Shown here piece after piece: positions 9,536-20,383 of a DNA stretch of 37,958 nt; position 1 is the stretch's first letter; each line of letters begins with the position of its first letter. The stretch lies in NCBI RefSeq assembly GCF_001194135.2, contig NC_068986.1, positions 96,865,831 to 96,903,788 of the forward strand, given 5' to 3'. The translations under genes and the position numbers were made by a program. The notes beneath the pieces were generated by a model. The model was given only the letters and a program-made list of their open reading frames with translations, made no database searches and was not told the origin of the DNA. This DNA is from Octopus bimaculoides. Lineage: Eukaryota.

Positions 9536-9910
9536 TGGCCCAGTGGTTAGGGCAGTAGACTCGCGGTCATAGGATCGCGGTTTCGATTCCCAGACCGGGC
9601 ATTGTGAGTGTTTATTGAGCGAAAACACCTAAAGCTCCACGAGGCTCCGGCAGGGGGTGGTGGCGAACCCTGCTATACTCTTTCGCCACAACTTTCTCTC
9701 ACTCTTTCTTCCTGTTTCTGTTCTGCCTGTAATTCAAAGGGTCAGCCTTGTCACACTGTATCACGCTGAATATCCCCGAGAACTACGTTAAGGGTACACG
9801 TGTCTGTGGAGTACTCAGCCACTTGCATGTTAATTTCACGAGCAGGCTGTTCTGTTGATCGGATCAACTGGAACCCTTGGCGTCGTAAGCAACGGAGTGC
9901 CAACAACAAC
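9536..9910 (+). mobile_element. tRNA-derived SINE, family A, with 11-bp TSD
   Basis: A box tggcccagtgg, B box ggtttcgattcc and (CAA)n tail. TSD ataacatcatg at 9525-9535 and 9911-9921. Near-identical to 15561-15930 and 32755-33149. Octopus tRNA-derived SINEs are described in the literature, but I cannot assign a family name without a search. Confidence 0.92.
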
Positions 9911-10870
9911 ATAACATCATGCTGTCGCCTGTAGCTTCCATAATGAGACAGTAATGAGGCTAAAATATCACACTACTTCCTTTTCTTATTCCTCTCAGTG
10001 TTTCTCATTCTATTTTGTTTAAGAGAGAGACCCTCAGACTGGTGAGGTTGACATGCTTAACTTCAATTTCTGCAAGTCACTGTCAGGAAAACACACAGTG
10101 GGAACATGTATCAAGTGTTTTACAACTCTGAAGTGAAAGGTTTGAGAGGTAAGTAAAGCAGAGTAAGGATAATCAGAGATGTAGGGATAAGTAGGAGTGA
10201 TTTCTGTTTTCCTTTTAAAAGATCAGCATCTGTTTTGGTAAGAAAAGAAAGACAAAGAAAACATGCAGTTCAGTGGTGAGTTAGTATATGATAGTTTATC
10301 TATCATTCTGATGATCCCGTTAGACATGATCCACAATGTTTTATATGAAGCAGCCGTGCAACAAATAATTGATGAATATATTTCCTAATAAACAGGTTAT
10401 TTCTAGCCTTATATTTTCTATTATTTAACTCTCTACTGTAAGTTTTTTTTACAAGTAATTCTGCAGTTAAATGTTTCAGTGAAATAACATTTATTTCTGA
10501 AGGTCAAAACTTTACTGTTTGCTGAATGTTGCTTGCAGATGTCAGTAGCATAATTAGATGTCATAGCACCAATTAAGGAAAGTGTTTAGTGTTTACAAAC
10601 AAATTTTATAAAAATGGTTTGGCACTATTAGAAAGAAACCATTTTGCAATACAGATAGTATTATATAAGGACATTTGCTTCAGTTATTTTCCATAAGGTA
10701 ACTTGATGGACATTCAACTGTTTATATTTCATATTGAGTCAAGGTTCAATTTGATAACAGATTAAATTATAGTTTACAAAGGAAAGGGGGAAAAACGGCA
10801 AAATTAAGAGGTTGACGAGAGTAGATTAAAGCCTTTGCAAAGTATTATTTGGTTGTAGATTAGTTAGTTG

Positions 10871-10972
10871 ATCAGATTGGAGCCTGGTGTAGCCATCTGG
10901 TTCACCAGTCCTCAGTCAAATCGTCCAACCCATGCTAGCATGGAAAGCGGACGTTAAACAATGATGATGATG
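10871..10972 (+). mobile_element. RTE-type LINE extreme 3' end
   Basis: Same terminal ~100 nt and (GAT)n tail as 6899-7174. Confidence 0.85.
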
Positions 10973-11369
10973 TAAATCTTTACATTGAAATTGGCATTTT
11001 AACTGTACATTAAAAATTAATTTAACAAAAACACTATCAAATAATCCTTAAAGGATGCTATTTTAAAAGTGCTGACCAGAGGTGTTGCCAGGTTCTAAAG
11101 TTGGGGGTGGGGCACAAAAAAAAAAGGTTCCGTGACACATACCAAACAATTTTTATCTCAGTTCTCTAACAGTGTGCTCAATATTTCATTAGTTATACGT
11201 AATTGTATTCTGCATTCAATAATTTCGTATTTCAGTAACTATGTCATTATGTATGAAACTTACAACTACTGATGTTGAAATGACGCCAGTTTTGAAAATC
11301 TACTTAGGGACAGTGATCATTCTCCTGGCTCCCCTATTAGCTACGCCACTGGTGCTGGCATGGTTAAAG

Positions 11370-11540
11370 CACAAGCACGTCTGTGTAGTTAAGAAGTTCA
11401 CTTCCCAATCATACGGTCTTGGGTTAACTCCTACTGCATAGAACCTTGGGCTAGTGTCTTTTGTTATAAGCCTGAGTTTGGTAGACAAAAACTATATGAA
11501 GCCTGCTGTATGTAGTATATATGATGTATGTATGTGTGTT
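11370..11540 (+). mobile_element. Degenerate SINE (family F) 5' part
   Basis: gtctgtgtagttaagaagttcacttccc...ccttgggctagtgtct...ttggtagac resembles the head of the copy at 14760-15125. Confidence 0.5.
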
Positions 11541-11911
11541 ATTTCTTTACTACCCACAAGGGGCTACACACAGAGGGGACAAACAAGGACAGACAAACGG
11601 ATTAAGTCGATTACATTGACCCTAGTGTGTAATTGGTACTTCTCTGAGTGGTTGGCGTTAGGAAGGGCATCCAGCTGTAGAAACTCTGCCAAATCAGACT
11701 GGAGCCTGGTGTTGCCATCCGGTTTCACCAGTCCTCAGTCAAATCGTCCAACCCATGCTAGCATGGAAAGCGGACGTTAAACGATGATGATGATTAACCG
11801 ACCCCGAAAGGATGAAAGGCAAAGTCGACCTCGGCGGAATTTGAACTCAGAACGTAGCGGCAGACGAAATACCGCTAAGCATTTCACCCGGCGTGCTAAC
11901 GTTTCTGTTGC
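11541..11911 (-). mobile_element. tRNA-derived SINE family C, interrupted by an RTE 3'-end insertion
   Basis: 11541-11640 plus 11795-11911 match 36592-36823 colinearly. The intervening 11641-11794 is the RTE 3' end on the plus strand. Confidence 0.88.
11641..11794 (+). mobile_element. RTE-type LINE 3' end nested inside a SINE
   Basis: gagtggttggcgttaggaagggcatcc...acgttaaacgatgatgatgat. Confidence 0.88.
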
Positions 11912-12533
11912 CTATATATGATGTATATATGTGTGTGTGTGTGTGTGTGTGTACCTGCACACACATTTGTGTGAATATCTACATTCTGCACTTGGCATGC
12001 TAAAACGTTGAGCTACAAATGGCCATGTTTGTTGACACGTTACCAAATTGTTCACTAGGTCTGTACATGTAAAAAGACGAATATAATGAGAACTTCTTTT
12101 GAAAAACAAGGGATGGACATTTAGCCGCAAAGCTGTTTCAGTATAGTATGTGTTCATCTAACCGTGATGTAAAACAAATGAAGATTGATATTTTAGTTAT
12201 AATTACGAAAAACTTAACTTTATATGCTGGAGGGCTGTTAAAAGATGTTGCCTGGAATCATGGAATCTAAACACAGTCGAATATTGTAGTTCTGCTTACA
12301 CGCACATTTATATACAGGGCTTCTTTACAAACTAGTGTCCTTATGTTGAAGAATCTGCATAAACGGTTAATTACTGATTTATCAGTTAAGAGCTGGATAT
12401 AACTGTAACTTCAAGAAACTGAATTACAGGCATGTTACTCAGCGTTTTATGTTCAGTGAAGGTTTACAACTAATTTGAATTACAAATTTGGAAGACCGGG
12501 GTTTATTTTTACATACATCCATGTTGATTAGAA

Positions 12534-12789
12534 CAGGGGTTTTCAAACTGTGGTCCACGGACCACAGGGGGTCCGCGGACAAATTTGATTTTATATATGT
12601 TTTTTAATCGATTTCTTTTAATTGACAATGAACCTATTTGTTAAATACTGTTAAATAAATAAATGTAAAAATATATGTTATTTTAAGCAAATATTTATGT
12701 ATAAATTTCATAAGCGTTTATAAGGGGGTCCCTAAGGTAAAGCCTGAAATATAAAGGGATCCGCAAGTCAAAAAGTTTGAAAACCCTTG
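12534..12789. mobile_element. hAT (Charlie-like) non-autonomous MITE, 256 bp
   Basis: 16-bp TIRs caggggttttcaaact / agtttgaaaacccttg (15/16 match). 8-bp TSD gattagaa (12526-12533) / aattagaa (12790-12797). Confidence 0.9.
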
Positions 12790-13134
12790 AATTAGAACAA
12801 TGGAAATGAAAAGGAATTTAGTTCATTTAAGTTTTCTACTACAAGGGAGACTACTCTTGTTTGCACAGAGGTTATAACCACTGACAGGAAGTAAAAATGA
12901 AAAAGGTGTGCTAGATGGTTGTAAATATATTGTGAGGGGGTGGGAGAGGAGAGCTATCAGGATAAAAGCAATAGGGGAGGGATAGAAGGAAGAGATAATG
13001 TAAGGAAGGAATATGTGTGAGAAGAGGGAGGTAGGGGTGATATGTTTGAAAAGCACTAAGATGGAGAGATAGGTAAAGAAAATGGTACGGAGAAGTGTAC
13101 TAAAGTGAGTAGTAAACCTCAAAAGGGAAGGGAA

Positions 13135-14757
13135 GAATAATGAGGACTTCATAGCAAAACCATTTATACACCTCATATACCCTGCCAAATCTGATTTGGG
13201 AAGAATAAGCAAGAACATTCTGGATAAAATAATACCAATCGTCAAGGAGAAATTGAACGTCAACTTGTGATCCTGTACAGGTGAAGTTCTAACATGGTTC
13301 CATTTCTTTATCAACAAAAACTCTTCTTCATTCCTACATTTCGATAAAAATAACTACTATTCATCTATTTCTCCCAAACTTCTAAACCAAGCCTTCCTTC
13401 TAGCTAGGAATCTAACTAACCTAACCCCGCTAGAACTTAACATAATTCTTAATGCCTGTAAAACTCATTTCTTTCGAGGACAAACTTTGATGCCAAGCCA
13501 ACCACTATAACAATAGCAATAACTATAGCAAATTCTTTGACATTACTATGGGATCATCTGACTCCAACCTCTTTGGACTGTACCTGCTCCATCAGCTCTG
13601 AATACACTTCCCTAACATCATAGGTCTACACAAATTTTTCTCTAACTTTTGAAAACCACTAATTTTTTAGATGTCACTTTAAACTTAGAAACCTCCTAAT
13701 ACTCCCCATATCACAAACCCAACCAGTATCTTAAGTACCTAAACATTAATTCCAATCACTACAAATCCACCTTTGGTAATATAGTTAAGGGTATCTCAAT
13801 TCGTATATCTAAACTATAATCCACTGAAGAAATATTCAATAACCATATCCCATATTACAACTAAGTGCTCGCTGCCAGTGGCTTCTCCCAACGAATAAAA
13901 TGTATCTCTAACACTAGGCTCAAGCAACATATACCTCAAGTCATATCACAACAGACCATACATACACTATATTAGAACCCCGGGGGAACCCAGATTAAGA
14001 CAGCTTAGACCCCATACGCACACATATAATACTAGGTTAAAAGTTAAAACAGTTAACGATAACGGGCCATATAACTCCCCTCTAATTTCCAAAAATATAG
14101 ATTATACTACTCCTAAGCAACAAAAAAAAAAAAGTGAAGGATACGCCATTCTATGGTATATACCTCCCTTNNNNNNNNNNAAAAAAAAGTGAAGGATACG
14201 CCATTCTATGGTATATACCTCCCTTCTCACTAAATGTTAGGAACTTAGCCAAATCCTTTTTTAATATATGAGACTTCAACTTCACTCATCAACATAAATA
14301 TTACTCTATTTTAATAGATCTACTTTAAAGCTACCTTACTCTTCACCGCCCAAATTTGAGTCTATCATAGCAGCCTCTAATAGACGAAAACTCTCTGTTA
14401 TCAAAATATACACTGTAACGAACCCTATACTTTAGACCAGAACGAAATCCCAACCAATCCTACCCCAACTACAGATAGGATAAATAATAACAACGATAGA
14501 AATAGCAATAATATTAGTAATAATAATGTTAATAACATAGGCCATTTTACTCACCTCTCCTTAGACAACATTACTTCCGCCATTCCCGAAAATAATCCCC
14601 GCAATGCATTACCATGTAACTGCTGCCCTGGGACCATTTGCCCTCTACAAACCCATTGCAGGAGGTCTAAAGTAATTTACAAATGCACTGTCCTCAACAT
14701 ACTACACAATTCTAAAACCATATATATAGGATCAACTATGAATTTTAAACAGCGATA
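13135..14757 (+). mobile_element. Degenerate Penelope-like retroelement (RT plus C-terminal GIY-YIG endonuclease)
   Basis: Translated motifs LIYPAKSDLGRISKNILDKI, FDITMGSSD, NFLDVTLNL, PYHKPN..YLNINSNH, ILWYIPPFSLNV and CNCCPGTICPLQTHC..VIYKCTV..YIGST. Many stops and frameshifts. Confidence 0.85.
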
Positions 14758-14759
14758 GA

Positions 14760-14872
14760 ATGTGCACCGCTGTTACGGGGACATAAACACACCAACATCG
14801 GTTGTCAAACGATGGTGGTGGTGGGACAGACAGACAGGCACACGCATGCACACACACACTCAAATATCTATA

Positions 14873-14913
<41 letters not shown>

Positions 14914-15125
14914 TATAATATATAATATGGATCTTGCATGTATGAAGTGGATTCGATTCACTACATATATATATATACGACAAGCATTCAGTTTCTGTCT
15001 ACTAAATCCATTCAAAAGGCTTTGGTCGGTCCGAGGCACTTGCCCAAGGTGTCACACAGTAGGACTGAACCCAGAACCATGCGAATGGGAAGCTAGCTTC
15101 TTATCACACACACACACTGCGCCTA
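14760..15125 (-). mobile_element. SINE family F with internal (TA)n/(TG)n microsatellite, truncating the Penelope-like element
   Basis: Minus strand reads ggttctgggttcagtccta..ccttgggcaagtgcctcggaccgaccaaagcc..(TA)n..ttgacaaccgatgttggtgtgttta. A related 3' portion lies at 17795-18005 (+). Confidence 0.75.
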
Positions 15126-15560
15126 TCATGTCAAAACAATTGAAAAGGAAAATGACAAGAAGGTAAAAAATGGTATTTGTGCAATTACCTTCTCTTCTTA
15201 TTCACATCGTTTATTAACATTGTGCCAAGCTACGTTTTTTTAAAATTACTGTTCATTGTTTACTGATAGAAACATTGTATTGAATAGTGTACATCTTTAC
15301 AATGACAAAATCGATAAAAGACAAATTTTTATCGATTCCATTTGAATCTATCAAAGACAAGGAGGGAGAAATAAAAGAAAAGAATCCGGGTTAATATGAA
15401 CGAAAATCAGTAACGGGTGGGAGCAGCAACAATGGAAATGTAAAAACTTTTACGTAAACGAACAAGTGAGTGAGAAAATATAGCAGTAAATGGGTGCATA
15501 TCAGTGAGATTTGCTCCTTTACATTAATTTTTCATTTTTACTCAGTGTCGTTGTTTATTG

Positions 15561-15930
15561 TGGAGGCGCAATGGCCCAGTGGATAGGGCAGCGGACTCGC
15601 GGTCATAGGATCGCGGTTTCGATTCCCAGACCGGGCGTTGTGAGTGTTTATTGAGCGAAAACACCTAAAGTTCCACGAGGCTCCGGCAGGGGATGGTGGC
15701 GAACCCTGCTGTACTTTTTCACCACAGCTTTCTCTCACTCTTACTTCCTGTTTCTGTTGTGCCTGTAATTCAAAGGGCCAGCCTTGTCACACTGTGTCAC
15801 GCTGAATATCCCCGAGAACTACGTGTCTGTGGAGTGCTCAGCCACTTGCACGTTAATTTCACGAGCAGGCTGTTCCGTTGATCGGATCAACTGGAACCCT
15901 CGTCGTCGCAAGCGACGGAGTGCCAACAAC
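15561..15930 (+). mobile_element. tRNA-derived SINE, family A, with 11-12 bp TSD, directly upstream of the ZF2 promoter
   Basis: A and B boxes and (CAA)n tail. TSD (c)gttgtttattg at 15549-15560 and 15930-15941. Lacks the 13-bp ttaagggtacacg present in the other two copies. Confidence 0.93.
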
Positions 15931-15964
15931 GTTGTTTATTGGAAAGGGGACGTAAAACTGTTGG

Positions 15965-16152
15965 AAAATTCTGTATTTCCGGTTTGTTGTTTTTCTTCGT
16001 ATTCTGAATCTGTGTTGGATCAACGGTGAATATAAAAGCAGTTGTTGTATCTGTGGTTAAGAGTATTTAAGTGGTACGTAGAAAAGATACAGAGTGAAGT
16101 TCAACTGTACAGAGGTTTTCAGGAGAGGAACTGATGATACATTGCGGTAAGT
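15965..16152 (+). promoter_or_regulatory. Putative promoter and non-coding exon 1 of ZF2, with donor at 16146/16147
   Basis: ctgtATTTCCGGT (15975-15983), gtattctga and aatct..tgttgga blocks are colinear with the ZF1 region at 3611-3680. Donor is cattgcg|GTAAGTtaaacgtttgtttgg. Confidence 0.55.
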
Positions 16153-17794
16153 TAAACGTTTGTTTGGTGTTTTAATGTTGGGAGTGTACTGTTTGTTGAC
16201 AGTTTGTTCTATCTGCCAGAAACAACAACCAAATCTCCCTCAAATCACATGCTATCATCTAAGAAGGTACGCATTCGATAATGTAGTCTTTGACACACTG
16301 GGTTCGGAAAAAACTAAGGATGGCTTGGTCAAAACTGGGACAGTTTAGGTCAGAGCTAAGGTTGGCCTAAACGACAACTGTTGTTATTTAGCTGGAGGTT
16401 AGCTCTGTTCTAGCACACCCATGGTCAAATCCAGGACCATCTGCGTCTGTTCTTTATATATAGAGTACTTTAGTAGTACATTATCTAAAGTGTCCTAATA
16501 TGAGCATGTCGAGAAACCATCGAGAGGTTATGTTTACTGTTGTTTTGTGTATTTCGGTGGTATTTTATGTGGAGAAAGAAAGAGAGAGCGCTTTGGTGTC
16601 GTTCGACAAGATTGGACTGAGTTATGTCATTGCATTTAGTATGCGGCCTCAACATTAATTTGGTTTAATTTTACAACCTTGTATTGATATTGAATATTTC
16701 CTATTTTGATAACATTTTATTTTATACATGTTATGTGATATTTATCATCTGGCATGGAATGGTTATTTAGTGTCTGTGTACTTGTTAACAGCCAGTTTTC
16801 GGTCTGTTACTCCACAGCAATTGGCACACCCATTTATCAAATCATTTATAGTCTTATATTTATTTTACTTTCGTTTCTTGGTTTATGATAATTTGGACAA
16901 ACGTTTTCGTAATAGTGCCTTTTGAACGGAATATTAGACCGTAGAAGGGCAGGTGAAAAGAATATTTTTTTCCTTCATAGTTTTTCGTATATAACAGATA
17001 GTAATGGTTCTGTCATGTAAGTTATCAAGTCTTATGTGGAACTGAAGACTATTGACGTGTTTACAAGAAATATTTAGTAATCAACAATCTTAATATTTAG
17101 GCAATAAACTGGTCTACCGCTGATAGAACTGTATATTGTTATCATATCTAAGTATTCGCTTCGAACTGAAAGCTAAAAGAAGGAAAAGAAACAAAAACAC
17201 GCCAGACGTCAAGTTTATTTTACAAATGTCTGTCTTTTAGTGGGCGCAGCATCACCGTTTTAACTTGAGACCTTGATTACTTCACTTTTACGATGTTCGT
17301 AATATGGTTTATTGCTTTGCTCGTGGGTGCTCATCACCACCGCATGCAATGTTGTGCTTTGTATTTTTGCTTCTTTTTACGCGTTTAAATGTTTATTTAT
17401 AAATATTTTGTTTAACTTTTAGGAAAATGGTGTTTTTTTTTTTTCAATGAAATTTTATAGAAATACCTTTCAAACGGCATACATTNNNNNNNNNNNNNNN
17501 NNNNNNNNNNNNNNNNNNNNNNNNNNNNNNNNNNNNNNNNNNNNNNNNNNNNNNNNNNNNNNNNNNNNNNNNNNNNNNNNNNNNNATATATATATATATA
17601 TATGCATATATATATATATGCATATATATGCATATGTGGGCGCAGGATGTCACAGAACATAAACAACATGAAATACGAATACATGGAATATGAACTTTTT
17701 TCGAACAACAAAAGAAATAAATGGAAAACAAGACAAGCAACATAAAGAACGATCCTTTATCAGTTGTCGGCTGCTTTTCTATTCCGTATTTCGA

Positions 17795-18005
17795 GCAGTC
17801 CCCCACTACCACTTGACAACTGGTGTTTGTGTGTTTACGTCTTCATAATATAGCAGTTTGGCAAAAGGGACTGATAAAATAAGTCCCAGGTTTAAAAAAA
17901 TAAAATAAGTACTAGGATTGATTCATTTGATTAAAAATTCTTCCTAGGTCGTGCCCCAGCATGCCCACAGTCTAATGGCTGAAACAAGTAAAAGATAAAA
18001 GATAT
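17795..18005 (+). mobile_element. Degenerate 3' half of SINE family F
   Basis: cttgacaactggtgtttgtgtgtttacgtc...gctgaaacaagtaaaagataaaagata. The 5' part matches the reverse complement of 14765-14820. Confidence 0.6.
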
Positions 18006-18179
18006 CTTGAAAAAGAATCAAGTTGAAAATGCACCGGTGGTTTTTTTAATTTATTTATTTTCTTTTAGATGGTTTATTTTTAAGGGCTTAACTGGTTTCA
18101 CAGACTTTTGTGATTTTCAAAAGTCAAGTGAGATAGAAAGATATAGGGCCATGCCACAAATTTGCAGAATCATTAACAC

Positions 18180-18822
18180 GAGAGGAAAAAATGCTCAGCA
18201 CTGATTTCATCGTTCATTACTTTCTGCATTCAAGTTATGCTGCGGTTGACTTTGCCTTTCATCCTTTTGTGGTTGATGAAATAAGTACCAGTTGAGCACT
18301 GGGGTCAATGTAATCGATTTAGCCCTCCTCCAAAATTGCCGGCCTTGAGCCAGAATTTGAAACTGTGATTATTATTATGATGGCAGCAAGCTGGAATCAC
18401 TAGAGCAATCAGAAAAATATAACTGCGGTATTTTCTCTGGCTCTTTGTTCTCTGTTTCAAATATTGATGAGGTCAGATTTGTCTTTCATCATTTTGGGGT
18501 TAATGAAATGAAATAGCAGTCAAATACTAGGGTTGATGGTATCAGTTAACCTCTCCCGTCAAAATTACTGGTCTTTTACCTTAGTAAAAAACCATTATTA
18601 TTTTAAGACTCTTTAGTATCTGAGTTCAAATTCCACTGAGCTTAGTTATTCCTTTTACCCCTCTGGAGTCAAATAGAGGTGATAGTACTAACTAATTCCC
18701 TTCTCCTCAAAATTGTGCGTCTTGTGCTTAAATATGAAACTGTTATTATTATCATTATTAAGGTGGTAAGATGGCAGAGTCGTTAGCTTGCTAGCCGAAA
18801 TGCTTAATGATATTTTGTCTAT
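18180..18822 (+). mobile_element. Head-to-tail stack of about four old SINE (family C-related) copies
   Basis: Three units end in caaaatt..gg.ctt.....aaac(t)..(att)n at about 18375, 18600 and 18755. gttgactttgcctttcatcc and gagttcaaattcc motifs are present, and a fourth head starts at about 18761. Confidence 0.55.
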
Positions 18823-19559
18823 CAGATAGGTTTATCTTTGGCTAGGTATTTCTTCTGCAGCTGTCTTACCAGAAATCAGTGGTGCTTTTCCCTAGCACAA
18901 ACCCAAACTGCATCTCATCTAAACTAACTCTCTCCCTAATTAGTTGGGCTATGACCCTCTCCGTAACTTTCATTACCTGATCCAACAACTTGATACCTGT
19001 GTAATTATTCATATCTAATGTGTTTAATATGTAAAATTGGTATAGCGAATAATGTTATACTGCTATATTTAGTGGCTATTTAAACAATGAGTTCATGGAT
19101 GATAAACAGGTTGGATGGATGCTGATGAAGGAACAAAAAATTCTGATGTGTCATATATGCATATTATCCATTTTTCACTTTCCATCTTGTTGTTGTTTAA
19201 TTTAGGCATCTCTGATATGAAACATTGTAACAAAATCAGCTCTGGCTATAACTTCTATAGAAAATCTTTAGAGATAACCGTAACAAGTGATATAATAACA
19301 CTGCTAACACAGTAGAACATAGTGTTGACTTATAAAACAAGTCTTATATACTTTGTAGTATATCATAGTTGCATAACGAAATGCCATGTCCTACAAGTCA
19401 TTAAAAAAATGTTATTTTACCACCTGTCCCTTCAAAATACTGTAAACAGACTATTGTTGTTAGAAATACTATTATAAAAGAGTAAATATGTCAGGATTTT
19501 TATAGTCTTACCACTTCCAATCATTAACACTGGTCTTACTCTTCAGGTACAGAAAATAT

Positions 19560-19920
19560 ATCAGTCTTCAATGGTTACTAATCCTCTTCAAAGCTTGGGT
19601 GAGATTCGCAATGGAGAAATGATCCCACATCTGTGGTTGCTGCACTTATAGATATCTTGGATCATACCTCAAAAATGACTAACTAATTGGTTTTTAATCG
19701 CTTGTCAACATGCTCCAGCTGTTGGCGTTTAGATGTGCTGCCTTCTGTCTCTTCTTTTTCTACAACTACTACAGCAACCCCCACTCCTTGGAGCTGGTTG
19801 GTCTCATATTACCTCTTCTCAAGAACTTCTTACTCATCCCTTCTTTTGTCACTCACTACTATTCTAATCTTCCCACCCCAGACTGCTGGCCATCTGGTGG
19901 GATCTAGCACCAATTGGTTA
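19560..19920 (+). mobile_element. Old CR1/Jockey-group LINE 3' coding fragment
   Basis: Degenerate LFKAWVR..ME..SHI and FCLFFFYNYYSNPHSLELVGLI, homologous to the C-terminal part of the LINE at 32150-32520. Confidence 0.5.
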
Positions 19921-19967
19921 TTTTCTACATAATACATGACACACATGCACACATATCTGTGTTAGTT

Positions 19968-20383
19968 CCATCTAAGATTTTTTCTTTTAATTCCAGGACA
20001 GCCGGGTTGAAAAATGGAATTCTACCAAATGTCATCCTTTGACAGTGTTAAATGAAATACAACCAGTGTGAAGTATTACATTTGTCTGAAGGTAACAGTG
20101 TGATGTAAGACTTGTATACATACCTACAGCAGACAAATATATGATGGGATACTGACATTAGAGAGCGTTTATTGTCTCGTGCTTATCTTAACACAAACCA
20201 GTTTGTTGAAGCAAACCCATGACCAATGAAACATTTGAGAATTCTCTGCATTCGAAATCAACTGATTCAGCTTGAGAAAAATATTTTTCTGGAACTATTG
20301 AAAGAAATTCGTTTTTTATTTCAAATGTTTTGGTAGAAAAGTAATACAGAAATTTCTGTTTGTTTCTTCAGCATGGTTTAAGA
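19968..20383 (+). other. 3' splice acceptor (AG at 19995-19996) and 5' leader of ZF2, with a uORF at 20014-20055
   Basis: Paralogous to the ZF1 leader, including an identical 19-mer gtaacagtgtgatgtaaga (7483-7501 vs 20092-20110). The uORF encodes MEFYQMSSFDSVK*. Confidence 0.6.

Noticed and set aside
9536-9600. tRNA-like sequences with A and B boxes (also at 15561, 32755, 33480-33550, 36740-36823)
   Set aside because: They are SINE heads, continuous with SINE bodies, tails and TSDs, and have no complete cloverleaf acceptor stem.
13265-13275. In-frame TGA in the Penelope-like RT as a possible selenocysteine codon
   Set aside because: It aligns to a conserved Trp (TGG>TGA) in a copy with many other disabling mutations.
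12823-13317. 164-aa hydrophobic ORF on the minus strand
   Set aside because: It comes from a purine-rich low-complexity tract and the antisense of the Penelope-like RT, and has no recognisable domain.
14125-14225. Exact ~45-bp direct repeat (aaaagtgaaggatacgccattctatggtatatacctcc) on both sides of a 10-N gap
   Set aside because: Typical unmerged contig overlap rather than a biological duplication.
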